DNA of 63,821 nucleotides, filler included, from Chiloscyllium plagiosum (Eukaryota): NCBI RefSeq assembly GCF_004010195.1. It is 3 parts of one record of this genome, joined end to end, with 100 filler letters (N's around TTAATTAATTAA, not from the genome) between each part and the next. Parts side by side here need not be neighbours in the genome. Positions count along the whole stretch, not along the records: positions 1 to 27,111 come from NC_057710.1; positions 27,212 to 55,710 come from NC_057710.1; 1 more part is not named here. One strand, given 5' to 3'. Position 1 is the first letter of the stretch. Every line of letters begins with the position of its first letter. Position numbers and translations under genes: made by a program. Shown in pieces: positions 24,601 to 37,399 of this stretch. The notes beneath the pieces are model-generated. The model saw only the letters and a list, made by a program, of their open reading frames with translations. It searched no databases and was not told the origin of the DNA.

Positions 24601-25433
24601 ATCCAAAGAGTTTTTACAAATACATTAAGGACAAAAGGGTAACTAGGGAGAGAATAACGCCCCTCGGAGATCAGCAAGGTGGCTTTTGTGTGGATCCGCT
24701 GGGAATGTGAGAGATACTAAACGATCAGTGTTTACTGTGGAAAAGGACATGGAAGATATAGAATGTAGAGAAATAGATGGTGACATCTTGAAAAATGTCT
24801 ATATTACAGAGGAGAAAGTGCTGGATGTCTTGAAATGCATATAAGTGGTTAAATCCCCAGGACCTGATCAGGTGTACCCTAGAATTCTGTGGGAAGCGAG
24901 TGAAGTGATCGCTGGTCCTCTTGCTGAGATATTTGTATCAATGATGGTCACAGATGAGGTGCTGGAAGACTGGAGGTTCGCTAACGTGGTGCCACTATTT
25001 AAGAAATGTGGCAAGGAAAAGCCAGGGAACTATAGACCAGTCAGCCTGATGTTGATGGTGGGTAAGTTGTTGGAGGGAACCCTGAGGGACAGGGTGTACA
25101 AGTACATGGAAAGGTAAAGACTGATTAAGGTTAGTCAACATGGCTTTGTGCATGGGAAATCATGTCTCACAAACTTGATTGAGTTTTTTGAGGAAGTAAC
25201 AAAGAGGATTGATGAGGACAGAGCGATAGATGTGATCTATATGGACTTCAGTAAGGCGTTCAACAAGGTTCCCCATGGGAGACTGGTTAGAAAGGTTTGA
25301 TATCATGGAATACAGGGAGAACTAGCCATTTGGATACAGAACTGGCTCAAAGGTAGAAGCCAGAGGATGGTGTTGAAGGGTTGTTTTTCAGACTGGAAGC
25401 CTGTGACTAGTGGAGTGCCACAAGGATTGGTGC
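21630..25433 (+). mobile_element. CR1 LINE with ORF1 (zinc finger plus SGNH esterase) and ORF2 (APE endonuclease, RT), interrupted by a PLE
   Basis: IVLGNSVV, CFPGTRIKDV, VHIGNNDIG, DRLHLN; VMVGDFNFP; KSPGPDQVYPRIL, NYRPVSL. Confidence 0.9.
23558..24460 (-). mobile_element. PLE 3' part: GIY-YIG endonuclease plus terminal repeat with hammerhead (23616-23651)
   Basis: HIRQKFSCTSINVIDCIRCTQCGLLCIRKTGRLIVDHFREH...PVTEHFNSPSHS. Confidence 0.85.
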
Positions 25434-26024
25434 TGTTTCTGAAGATCTTGACCCTCGGGAGGGGTCTCTCGGTTCCGCGATCAGTCAAATAATCAATAGG
25501 AATGCGGTCTGCTTCAGCAAGATTTCAGTTTATCGTGACACCTGACACATTTGTCCAGCAACACAGAGGTTAAAAGCTTCTGTGTTCCTTGAAGAAAGTG
25601 CGCAATTCCACTTCGAACAAAGGCAATTTTTTTTTTAAGAAATCGTGTAAAATGCAATAAAATGACATAGTGGACAGCAGGTTAACCCATGAAAGTTTTT
25701 GGAAAACAAAGTTGTTTACTACATATTTATCTCTTCCCACCTGTATTTAAAGGTTAACTGGGATGGTTAGTAATGTCCTATCTAGCTTAGTTAATTCCAT
25801 ACTGTGAAGGCCCCATTGTCTGCTTTATCTTTTGATCCAGTTAGCTCAGCAAGACAGAAATGCAGCTTTTTGCAGGGTGAGAAACCATTTTAAACAGTGT
25901 TAATTTGCAGCATGAAGCCATTTTGTTATGTTACTTTGTATTAAGAAGCCATTTTGTGATTACCGAAAGCATGCATAAATTGGTTGCTCCTGACAACAAC
26001 CTAATTCCAGATTTTAGATCCTCA
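25434..26024 (-). mobile_element. Solo LTR-like insertion (591 bp) within CR1 RT
   Basis: TG...CA termini; interrupts CR1 CAAGGATTGGTGC|GGTCCACTACTTTTCG; flanks GGTGC/GGTCC; short internal repeat GAAGCCATTTTGT; orientation inferred. Confidence 0.6.
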
Positions 26025-26335
26025 GGTCCACTACTTTTCGTCATTTATATAAACTCATCAGAGGCCCATTGATTATTCTCAATGATGATTTTTCCCCTTT
26101 GCCATTGCTTATTTTTACCTAAACTGATTCCATATTGTAAGTCTATCACTACTCACCATGACAATAATACTATCATTTATTAACGATGCTATCCCACCTC
26201 CTTTTCTTTGTTCTATTTTTCTGGAACATTGAAGACCCTTGAATATTAACTTCCTAGTCTTGCTCACCCTGTAACTACATCTCTGAAATATCTATCAAGT
26301 GATATTCAATTATTTCTATTTGTGCAGTGAACTCA

Positions 26336-27111
26336 TGAATACAGAACTGGTCAAAGGTAGAAGACAGAGGGTAGTGGTGGAGGGTTGTTCTTCTTCAGAC
26401 TGGAAACCTGTGACCAGTGGAGTGCCTCAAGGATCAGTGCTATGTCCACTACTTTTCGTCATTTACATAAATGATTTGAATGTCAACGTAAGAGGTATAG
26501 TTAGTAAGTTTGCAGATGACACCAAAATTGGAGGTGTTGTGGACAGTGTAGAAAGTTGCCTCTGATTATAAAGGGATTTTGATCAGATGAGCCAATGGAC
26601 TGAGGAGTGGCAAATGGAATTTAATTTAGATAAATGCGAAGTGCTGCATTTTGGGAAAGCAAATCTTAGCAACACTTAATGGTAAGGTCCTGCAGAGTGT
26701 TGCTGAACAAAGGGACCTTGGAGTGCAGATTCATAACTCCTTGAAAGTAGAGCTGCAGGTAGGTAGGATAGTAAAGAAGGCGTTTGGTATGCTTTCCTTT
26801 ATTGGCCAGAGTATTGAGTACAGGCGTTGGGAGGTCATGTTGCAGCTATACAGGACATTGGCTAGGCCACTGTTGGAATATTGCGTGCAATTCTGGTCTC
26901 CTTCCTATCGGTAAGATGTTGTGAAACTTGAAAGGGTTCAGAAAAGATTTACATGGATGTTGCCAGGGTTGAAGGATTTGAGCTATAGGGAAAGGATGAA
27001 TAGTCTGTTTTCCCTGGAGCATCGGAGAGTGAGGGGTGACTTATAGAGGTTTATAAAATCATGAGGGGCATGGATAGGGTAAATAGACAAGGTCTTTTCC
27101 TTGGGTTGGGA
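26336..27111 (+). mobile_element. CR1 LINE RT, 3' part
   Basis: VTSGVPQGSVLCPLLFVIYINDL...SKFADDTKIGG; RPLLEYCVQFWSP. Confidence 0.9.
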
Positions 27112-27211
27112 NNNNNNNNNNNNNNNNNNNNNNNNNNNNNNNNNNNNNNNNNNNNTTAATTAATTAANNNNNNNNNNNNNNNNNNNNNNNNNNNNNNNNN
27201 NNNNNNNNNNN
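27112..27211. other. Assembly join: N44-TTAATTAATTAA-N44 artificial spacer
   Basis: Exactly 100 bp with a six-frame stop palindrome in the centre; identical to 55711-55810. Confidence 0.95.
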
Positions 27212-29199
27212 CTACCCTCAGGACATCCAATTTCCTGCAGGTCAGCAAATTCGCCCTTCAATATTTCAAGGGATGGGAAATAAATGCTGACCCAGCACAT
27301 GAAGCCCTTATCACTTGAAGAATAAACAAAACTACAAACAATATCAGAATGTATAAAGATCCCCGGGCTAACTGCTAATATCTACTGATCACATTATGTC
27401 TGAAATAGACAACCACATACGTGCTCCAACAAAGATCTTCATTTTAGCAGTTTGCCAGAGGATCTGTGATAAACAATGAAGTCTTTTAAACAGACAATCT
27501 AGTCGTATGTGTATCAAATGTTAAATGTCTGTATTTTGGTGCCTGAGACATCAAATTTATTTTTACTTGCTGAATTGAATCTAGTGTTTTATATCTTCCA
27601 GCTCTGGATTTATGCTGAATACATAATAGCATCCTTTGTGAATCTAGAATTTTATCATAGTCTGCTAATTCCAAGTCGTAGAAAAACTCAACACTGTTAA
27701 ACGGTGTCAGAGTGTAAAGGACATGTTTCTATAACCGATCAATCAGACCTTTTGCAAAGGGGTGTTGTAAAAAAGCCATTAAAGAATGCTTTAACACTTA
27801 TAATAAGTTAGAATGTGAAAATGTTGGCACTTTAACATGATTTATTCATGCATAGATGCTTACTGACTAAGTTTCTAAATCAATTCATCAGTGATGCAGT
27901 GAGTTATTACTCTGTACTTTTGCCTTGGAGCAAGGGTTGAGACCAGTTGAGGTAATAGCAGTAAAATTTCTACTTATACTTTATCTATTACATGTGAATG
28001 GTTTGGATAACTTTAATTCAGTTTCTACTGGGAATTGAGCCGATAGAACAAAAACAATTTCTACAATTTGGTACTCACTCAGACAGACCATTATAATGGT
28101 TAATCTAAGATGTTTAAGACATGCTCCAAAATTCAGGGACGAGTCATCTGATTTTTCACCTACGTTTGGCTTGTACTATATTCGACTATAGTAAATATGA
28201 TATTGCTCCATTTCTTTTTCACAGACACTAATCTCCCTGTCCTTTCTGGTTTATTTGATGATATTTTATGTAATTATGTTGTGTAATGTGAAATAGTTTT
28301 TTTTAATAAGACAGAGGGTAAAAAGTAGTGAATAAACAATCTTTTCATGAAAAAGACATGACGTTGTCACCAACAAACACAAAATTACTGGCAAAGTATT
28401 GCAAAGATTTACAAAGGACTCACAGCACTCCAGCATTGATATTCCTCCACTAGTGATTTAGAACTGCAATATATTTCAAATTTGGAGTTTAAAGTGTCCC
28501 AAACTGGGAAATAAATTCCAAAATTGTACAAGTATTAACATAGAATTAAAAAAAGGCAAGAACACACTAAATGAGAAGCATCTGTATTTCCTGCACTGCA
28601 CCTGTAACTATAGTTCAAAACTGCTTCATTGATCGTAAAGGATAGAGTTGAAATTGTCAAGTTATAACTTAGTAGTCCATATTTCCTAACTGCTACTGGT
28701 TGAACACAGTTGGTTAATTGTCGACAGTTATTTTCTTGTTAAATATGGAAACCCGGTGTTCTTTTAATTTGACTGACTAAGTCACGTAAATTGGGGACTT
28801 TGGATATCTTCACTAAATATTTTCACATTTACAATGACTCCAGAATTCAAAATGATTGCCAATGCATGATACAAATAAATCATGATAAAAGGATACTTCA
28901 TTTATTTGTTCTGTTAACATCATAGAAACATCATCAAAAAAATTGAGGCCAAAGAAAGATATCTGGAGGAATGATTTAAAGCTTGTTCAAACATAGTTAT
29001 TTTTAAGAAAGATCTGAAATAAGGAGGAGGAAATGAGTGGTGAAATAGATTAGAAAGGAATTCCATATCACAGACCAAATTCTGTGACTGCACAAAACAG
29101 GGTGCTGAGGATGTTCACCAAAACATTGCCGGTGCTGGAGTGATTCAGCTATAGAAAGAACTGGAAGTGAAATCTGAGAACACAGAGACAGTAGATGGA

Positions 29200-29500
29200 T
29201 TGATAGATGTCAGAGTATATGAAACCTGAAGTTGTCAATGTACATGTGGAAGCTGATTCCGTGTACACAGTTAATACTGACAGAGGTCAACATGTGCACT
29301 AAGAAAGTGAAAGACTCCAAGTATAGATTTTTGAGAAGCTTCAGAGATAATATTATGAAGACTAAAAGGTTATAATTAAGTAGATAAGCTTGGAACCAAA
29401 CAAGAGCAGTTCCCTCAGACTTGACAACAAAGGAATAGTGATGGTGGAAAGTGACACGCTCATGCTCATCTATCAAAGATTGCAGAGAGGTCAAGGGGGA
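29200..29500 (-). mobile_element. Degenerate L2-type LINE RT fragment
   Basis: GTALVWFQAYL and HGISFHMYIDN resemble L2 GTALxWFxSYL and FHMYADD. Confidence 0.55.
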
Positions 29501-30734
29501 ATAAAGAAGAATATACCATATGCATGGACACCGTTTGGCTTGCTCTATTATTACAATGAAGCAAATTTCATTGAAAAGATTCTAAATATAATTGTGGTCA
29601 AGTTATGACAAAGACCTTCACAGGGCAACAACATGTTCAAGATGCAGTTAAACTTACAGTTCCAATTTTGACAGCTGGGAGGCTAGTTGCCATGTAATCT
29701 TCTATCTTTTTTAAAACTGTATTTTTAAATCCTTATATGACCACTTAATACCATGGCTTTCTCTTTTGTTTAATACTAAATTCCAACAATTCAACATTGC
29801 AGGAAACAAGCTTCATAACAAAAATTGTCCTTACATATATAGAAGGGTCAAAGAGATATATGTAGCTAGATAATCAGTACAGCCTTACAGATTTGAGCTG
29901 GCAAATTGACATTGGAGAGGCATACCAGCTTCAACAAAATTTGTAGAAACTATTTTTAAAATCACAAAATGGAATTCTGACCAGCATTCTGAACAGTAGT
30001 GTTCCTCAGATTAGAACTATAGATTTTGTTTTTGACTTATCCATTTTCAGTTTTCTTTCATAAATTTGATAAATTGTTCTGTAACATTTTACAACACAAG
30101 AGGTAATTCAGCTCAATGTTTTGTTGTCCCTTTGCAACTTACCTAATCAGTCCTAATCCACTGCGCTTTCTGACAGTTCTATAATTTTCTCCACTACAAA
30201 ATTATACACTTAATTGCATTTTAAAATAACTGAATGCTTCAATCATCTTTCCAGACACTGAAATCCTGATCATCATAACACGCTTACAAAAAATTATCCT
30301 TACTTCACCTCAGTTGTTTTTATTTTGCCAGTTTTTCTAAGTCTGTGCCCAGCTGCGACTGATCCCTCCTAACTGTGGAAATAGTTAATCCTCAAAACAC
30401 TTAATTCTGACAATGTCTATTAAATCTCCCTCAACAATTGAAGTCCTCCACACCTGGTATAATTCTAATAAATTTCGTCTGCACCCTCTACGAGGATTTC
30501 CTCTGCACCTTCTCCAAGATCTTTACATCTATAAATATATATGTCATCAACTTGGCTGCCAATTTCTCAAAAATGTTATATTTGGTACTTTTGGTCTGTG
30601 AACTGAAGTAATAACCATTTATCAGTAACTATTCATCAGAGGCTACCTAGCTAGGTAAACTGAATTGAGAAGACCAGACAGTCAATGCAGGCAGTCAACC
30701 CATGTAATATTTTGTAAATTCCACTTTGGAAATA

Positions 30735-31103
30735 GAACCAGTCTGACTCAAGATTGGAATACAGACAGACTCTAACCCCACACCTTTAAGGCGTTGTCTG
30801 AGCTGAGATGTCATCTTCTGTTATAAAACCTTAAATTATCTTGAGAATGTGACTTAAGAGAAGTTCTGGAATTTATATATTAAAGAAATGAAACCAGCAA
30901 ACTCATTCTAAAAGATGAAAGACTAAACAATCTAGGTTTGTTCAATATATCATTCCAGCTGTATGACACTGTAATCTTTTGCTATAAATTCTAGTCTTGT
31001 GGTCCTACTTCACAACCATCTGATGAAGAAGCAGTGCTTCGAAAGCTAGTGCTTCCAAATAAAGCTGTTGAACTATAACCTGGTGTTATGTGATTTTTTA
31101 ACT
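30735..31103 (+). mobile_element. PLE-type terminal repeat (family B)
   Basis: Homologous to 700-1030; carries the hammerhead at 31017-31051. Confidence 0.6.
31017..31051 (+). ncRNA. Minimal hammerhead ribozyme motif (family B, intact core)
   Basis: CAT-CTGATGA-A-GAAGC-AGT-GCTTC-GAAA-GCTA-GTG; perfect 5-bp stem II. Confidence 0.8.
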
Positions 31104-32184
31104 AAGACAAGAGGGCATAGCCTCAAGATTAGAGGGAGCAGATTTAGGACTGAATTGAGAAGGAACTTCTTCATCCAGAGGGTTGTAAATCTATTAAACT
31201 ACCGGTGAAGTAGTTGATGCTGCTTCAGTAAACATTTTAAAAGCCAAGACAGATTTTTTTTAATAATAAAGGAGTTAAGGGATACAGTGAGAGCGCGTGT
31301 AAATGGATCTAAGTCCACAAGAAGATCAGCCATGATCTTATTAAATGGCGGAGCAGGCTGAAAGGGCCAGGCGGCCTACTCTAGCTCCTAGTTCTTATGT
31401 GCCCTGTTCTTTTTGGGCAGAAAGAGCATGTCTATCCAATGTATCAACAAAATGGGTGGTAGTTATTCATTAGATCAATTCACAGAGCAATGCCCTGATC
31501 CATCACATTCAATCTGTCTTGTTTAAAATCTAAACAAAACCTGGTAGTTCGCATTAATTCCTGCAATCTCCATGACAATACTCCTACAAGAGACCACTTG
31601 CCAATCAATCAGCACTCTTCTCTCATACTGTACAAATGTTGGACTTCCCCTTTATTGGTATTCGTGCAAGTTGTTGCAACACAAAGCTTTTCAAAAACAT
31701 GTCTTTTTCAGCAAAAAGATCCAATACCATTGTAGCAAATATTTATTTAAGAAAACATGTTTTGCAGATTTTGGAAAAAAATACAAAGATTTAGGTGCAT
31801 ATTTACCTTTTTATCATTTGCTTCAAACACTGGGAGTGAATCATAATGAGAATACAGCTACGCGCTGTGTTTTCATCCTCAACGTCAACAGCAAAAAGCC
31901 AAGAAAGAACAGAAAGATAAAGGATTAATGAAGATTATGCTACAGAAAATAATCCATGAAAGAAGCAAAGGAAGGTTTCCAGAAATTATCAGATAGCATA
32001 CAAAGGAGTAACAGAAATGCAGGCAAAAAGGAAAAAAAGTCTTAATCATGTCTTCTGTAACCCTTACTCTGGAGATATTGACTTTCATCAAGGACAAGTT
32101 GTAAAAGCAGCTGTAGCCTACTAGGACTTCATTCAATTGTAAATTCAAATGTGACTGCTAAGGGTAGATGGGATATCTAAGTGT

Positions 32185-33540
32185 TGAGCAGGACAGAGCA
32201 AGGGAGTGTGGTGGACATGATATATAGGGACTTGAATAAGGTTCCGCACAGTAGACTGGTTAACGAGGTTCGATCACATGAAATACAGCTAAAACTAGCT
32301 ATTGAATACAGAACTGGCTCGAAGGTAAGGGACAGAGGGTGGTGGTGGGGTGTTGCTTTTCAGACTGGAGGCCTGTGACCAGCGGCATGCCATAAGGATG
32401 GGACGATGGACCGAGGAGTAGCAGATGGAGTTTAATGTAGATAAATCTGAGGTGATGCATTTTAGACAGCCAAATCAGGGTAGGACTTATGGTAAGGTCC
32501 TGGGGAGTGTTGATGAACAAAGAAAGCTTCAGTGCAAGTTCATAGCGAAGTCCCAGATTGACAGGATAGTGAAAAAGGCATTTAGTAGGCTTGCCTTTAT
32601 TGGTCAGTGCATTGAGTATATGGTTGGAAAGTCATATTGTGGTTGTATAGGACATTGGTTAGGCCACTTTTGGAATACTGCATTCAATTCTGGTCTCCCT
32701 ACTACAGGAAGAATATTGTGAAACCTGATAGGGTACCAAAATGATTTACAAGAATGTTGCTAGGGCTGGAGGATTTGATCTATAAGGAGAGGCTGAATAG
32801 GCTGGAGCTATTTGCCCTGCAGCATCAGAGACCGAGGGGTAACTTTATAGAAGTTTATAAAATCATGAGGGGCATGGATAGGGTGAATAGCCGATCTTTT
32901 CCCAGGGTAGGGGAGTCCAAAATTAGAGTGCATTGGTTTAAGGTAAGAGGGGAAGATTTAAAAAGGACCTAAGGGGCAATTTTTTCACAGAAGGTGATGC
33001 ATGTATGGAATGAGCTGCCAGAGGAAGTGGTGGAGGCTGGTACAATTATAACATTTAAAAGACATCTGGATGGGTACATGAATAGGAAGGTTTCAGAGGG
33101 ATATGAGCAAGCTGCAGGCAAATGCTGATGGGCGACACAGTAACTCAGTGGTTAGCAATGCTGCCACACAGCACCAGGAATCCAGGTTCAATTCCAGCCT
33201 CGGGCGAATATGTGTGTGGACTTTGCACATTCTCACCGCGTCTGTGTGGGTTTCCTCTGTGCTCTGGTTTCCTCCCACAGTCCAAAGATGTGCAGGTTAG
33301 GTGAATTGGCTGTGCTAAATTACCCATAGTGCTAGGTGCATTAGTCAAAGGGAAATGGGTCTGGGTGGGTTACTCTTCGGAGGGTTGGTGTGGGCTTGTT
33401 GGGCTGAAGGGCCTGTTTCCACACTGTAGGGAATCTAATGTAAATGGAACTTTATTAAGTCTTAATTTAGGATATCTGGTCGGCATGAACAAGTTGGACC
33501 GAAAGGTCTATTTCCATACTGTACAGCTCTATGACTCTGT
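32185..33540 (+). mobile_element. CR1 LINE 3' part with internal deletions and a SINE insert
   Basis: MEFNVDKSEVMHF, YKERLNRLELF, EVYKIMRGMDRV; tail CTCTATGACTCTG. Confidence 0.85.
33130..33443 (+). mobile_element. HE1-like tRNA-derived SINE
   Basis: A-box TAACTCAGTGG, B-box GGTTCAATTCC; same body as 44791-45111 and 59306-59615. Confidence 0.85.
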
Positions 33541-34426
33541 GACAACAAAAATGCCAGTAAACAAGTTACAGATCTGGCTTCAAGCAAAATTCAAGCACTA
33601 AACATAATAGGAAGAAAAGGCATCCTGTGTTCTACTAAAATTCCAACCTGATGCACACCCTCCCTGACAGAGATAATGCAAAAGTGAAAATTTGCCAGTT
33701 GAAGTGGAATGCTTCAGGGCATAGAAATGAAATAATTAACCACCGACAACCATGGAAAGACCCACAATGAGAATAAAACCAAACGATTTTCATGCTCACA
33801 GTCAAAGGCTTCATCAGAAACTGTTACAAAGAACAATATAGAAATTTTAAAGGCTCACAAAACCCACAAAAAGTAATTGCAATCATTAGCCAATTATGGA
33901 ATAATCATCCTATATTCAGGAAATAGAAAAGTAATCAAAACATGGTCCGTCATTTTATTTCACAAAATATACTTGATCTCAGTATATGAAATCAAGTATG
34001 AGAAAACCTACATAATTCAGGCAATCTACAAACTCCGTGTACAAATAAAACACATAATACATAAAAGAAAGTTACAATTTGAAGTGGGAGCTTTTTAAAT
34101 GCAAATCTATTATCTTTCCTTCAACTTTTAGCTAATAAACTGATGTGTCAAATGTCAACAGAGGTGTTTCGAAATGGCCTCGTATTCAACTCAATATCAG
34201 GAGAAGGCGCAGAACAAGATAGTTGCCGTCGTGATATGGCAGATGACCATGAAGTAACGGAGTAGTACCGGTGCCATGACTCGATCTGAGTATTTACCGT
34301 CTGTGAGCTTAAGTTCACTCCTTTGCTTTCACCCAGAGATTATGTACATTTAACCAATAGGATTAAAGAATGCGCTCTCCTACTACCTACACACCAACAC
34401 CCAATTTAAATAGCCCCGATGCTTAC

Positions 34427-34466
34427 CTACTGGTTTTATGTCTCCTGGTACGATCACTATTACGTC
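34427..34466 (-). other. Putative 40-nt exon of an antisense transcript
   Basis: Minus strand: TTTTGTTTAG|GACG...CAGTAG|GTAAGC; 76-nt intron from the upstream donor. Confidence 0.4.
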
Positions 34467-34499
34467 CTAAACAAAATTAACTTTTGTTTAAACTACATC

Positions 34500-34660
34500 A
34501 ATTTGACACTATTTCCTGCTTCATTGAAGGACGCCATCTTACCTGCTAGTAGTTGACGTCATCGCGCTGATCATGTGACATATCCACACGCGATGACGTT
34601 AGCGCCGCACCCAAGGCCGCGCAAGGGGCGCAGTGCTGTTTGCGCATGCGTACCGGTTAA
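34500..34660 (-). promoter_or_regulatory. Second CpG-rich promoter-like island, gene unidentified
   Basis: YY1 CGCCATCTT 34532-34540; CRE TGACGTCA 34554-34561; E/M-box TCATGTGAC 34571-34579; NRF1 TGCGCATGCG 34641-34650; minus-strand donor CAG|GTAAGA at 34543/34542. Confidence 0.7.
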
Positions 34661-34929
34661 AGAGGCACTGTAATTCCTTCAGAGAAAGGAAACTGAAAGT
34701 TATCGCTTTTAAAAATGCGTGAAGTAGTGGGAATCTTAGATTTGGATCGTACAGATCTACTCTGTCAAGTACAAGCATACAGAAATTAAATCAAAACATA
34801 ATGGAAATACTTAGTAAATCTGGCAGAATTTGTCGGTGTTTAGAGAGAAAAGTTCGTAGATCACTTCATCAAAAGTGCAATAAGTTAAGAAATATAGTAT
34901 TTAAGTAGATCAAATGGGAGAAGATGGCA

Positions 34930-35525
34930 GGCGATGGCCTCGTGGTATTATTGCCGAACTGCTAATTCAGAGATCCAGATAACGTTCTGGAAAACAAAAA
35001 CAGAAGTTGCTGGAAAAGCTCAGCAGGTCTGGCAGCGTTTGTGCAGAGAAATCAAGAGTTAACATTTCAGGTCTGAGTGACACTTCCTCAGAAATCAAAG
35101 ACTTAAGTTCTGAGGAAGGGTTACTTGACTTGAAACTCCGATTTGATTTGAATTGAATTGCATTGATTTCTCTGCACAGATGCTGCCAGTCCTACAGAGA
35201 TTTTCCAGCAATTTCTTCTTTGGGTTTTGATTTACAGCATTTAATGTTCTGGGGACTTGGATTTGTACCACATCAGGATAGATGGTAGAATTTGAATTCA
35301 ATAAAAACCTGGAATTAGGAACGTCAACAATAAACATATTGATTACTGGAGGGAAACCTTTTTTCGGAGGGTTTCCTCTTGCTCCTTAAGGAACAAACCT
35401 GCCATCCTTACTGGGTCTGGTTTACATAGGACTTCAGTCTCTTAACTGTCCTCTGGACAACTAGCAATAAACATCAAGTGCTGGCCTCGCCTCTGATGCC
35501 CATATCCCGAGAATGAACAATCAAA
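34930..35525 (+). mobile_element. tRNA-derived SINE (second family) containing fold-back hammerhead element 34991-35241
   Basis: Homologous to 39975-40325; insert flanked by TAACGTTCTGG/TAATGTTCTGG; opposed CTGAGGA motifs at 35058-35093 (-) and 35107-35136 (+). Confidence 0.7.
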
Positions 35526-36451
35526 ACTAAATGTCTGAAACAGCAAAAGATAGTGGACATTTAAAAAATGTTGGAGAGGCAGAAAAAAAAGTCAGGACAA
35601 GTAATTAAAGAGAGTCATATACTTTCATTGGCAGAGAACAAAGAATATGTTGATTTAGAGGAAACCAAAGTCCAAGTTCAGGTGGCTCTGTTTGTAAAAT
35701 CTCTTTTGAGGAGAAATATCATCTTACAGAGGTAAATGTGTCACTAAAGTTGGGCAGTGCAGCAGTAGCAACCAAAATTAGATGAAAAAATTCCCTTCTG
35801 TGATGAAGGTGTGAGCACTCCAGGAAAGTATAAAGAGACTAGCATCCTGAAGTGACAGCTTCATATCCACATTCATTAGAGGATGAATAAGACCATGAGC
35901 TGAACTAGGCCATTTGACCCATCAGTTCTGCTCTGCCATTCAGTGCAACCATGGCTAATGGTGTAATCCTCAACTCCACCTTTTTGCATTATCTCCATAA
36001 ATTTTGTTTCTTTTACTGATCTGTCTATGTCAGCTTTGAATATACTTAATCACATGACCTTGACAGCTTTCTGTGCAGAGTCCCACAGATTGCCTTTGAG
36101 AGAAAATGTTCCTCCTCATCTGTCTTATCGTAGAATCCCTATAGTGTGGAAACAGGCCATTCGGCCTAACAAGTCCACACTAACCCTCCAAAGAGCAATC
36201 CACCCAGACCCATTCCCCTTATTGTATATTTACTCTTGACTAATGCACCTAACCTAACCCCTTCCAGAAATTATGCCATCTGGTCCTAGCCTCTTCCACA
36301 AGAGGAAACAACTTTTCACAACTTCCCTATCAAGCATCCCAAGTACTAATATCTCCTCATAATTTAGTGAATCATTTCTGAATTGCCTCTAATGCCAGGA
36401 TATTACTTCCTTAAATAAGGAGACCAAAATAGCTGACTAGTCCCTTGTAGT

Positions 36452-36577
36452 TCTGAAGGCGGGCTTATGCCTGAAATGTCGATTCTCCTGCTCCTTTGAT
36501 GCTGCCTGACCTGCTGCGCTTTTCCAGCAACACATTTTTAAGCTCTGATCTCCAGCATCTGCAGTCCTCACTTTTTC
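36452..36577 (+). mobile_element. Short hammerhead element (family A, degenerate core)
   Basis: Exact flanking repeat CTAGTCCCTTGTAGT (36437-36451, 36578-36592). Confidence 0.75.
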
Positions 36578-37399
36578 CTAGTCCCTTGTAGTGTTTGAAA
36601 AGGACCATCCCTTGTAAGAAAGGCCAAATTCCATTTCCTTCCAGGTTACCTGCTGAATTTGGATGCTAGCTTTTAGTGATTCATAGAGTCATAGAGTAAT
36701 AGAGATGTACAGCACGGAAATAGACACTTCGGTCCAACTTGTCCATGCTGACCAGATATCCTAACACAATCTAGTCCTACCTGCCAGCACCTGGCCCATA
36801 TCCCTCCAAACCCTTCCTTTTCATATACCCATCCAGATGCCTTTTAAATGTTGCAATTGTACTAGCCTTTCATGCGCAAGCACTCCCAAATCCCTCACTG
36901 CTTTAATTTTCACAGTTAAATAATTTTTTTTGTTCACTCATGGGATGGGAACTTCGCTATCTGGTCCTGGATTTATTACCTAATTGACCTTGAGAAGGTG
37001 GTAGTGAGCTACCTTCTGGACCCATAGGCTGTTCTGGAGAAATTCCAGGATTTTGGCCCAGCAACACTGAGGAAACAGCAATTATATTTCCGAGTCAGGA
37101 TGGTGAGTGGCTTATAGGAAGGTACAAAGAGTCTACAAAGTGAGTTGGCAAGAATCTGGCAGATGGAAAATAAGGTGTAAAACTGAAATTAGTTATTTTT
37201 ATGGGAAAAGTAGAACAGAGTTTTTTAAATGGTGAGAGGCTTGGCAAATATTGATTTCTCAACACCCCCAAAGTTATTTTACTATTTTAACCTTTCAACA
37301 CTTTACCTCCATTTTGTCTCTGCCCACTTAACAAGTTGCTTTGCTTGAGGCATTAATCATTATCAGCATTCTCAGCTCCCTTGGAGAATTATTTTCACT

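Noticed and set aside
27156..27167. TTAATTAATTAA palindrome as a biological site
   Set aside because: Centred in symmetric N runs twice; artificial linker.
34190..34350. snoRNA, scaRNA or micropeptide (MAPVLLRYFMVICHITTATILFCAFS) near the second promoter
   Set aside because: No convincing C/D or H/ACA architecture and no recognised homology.
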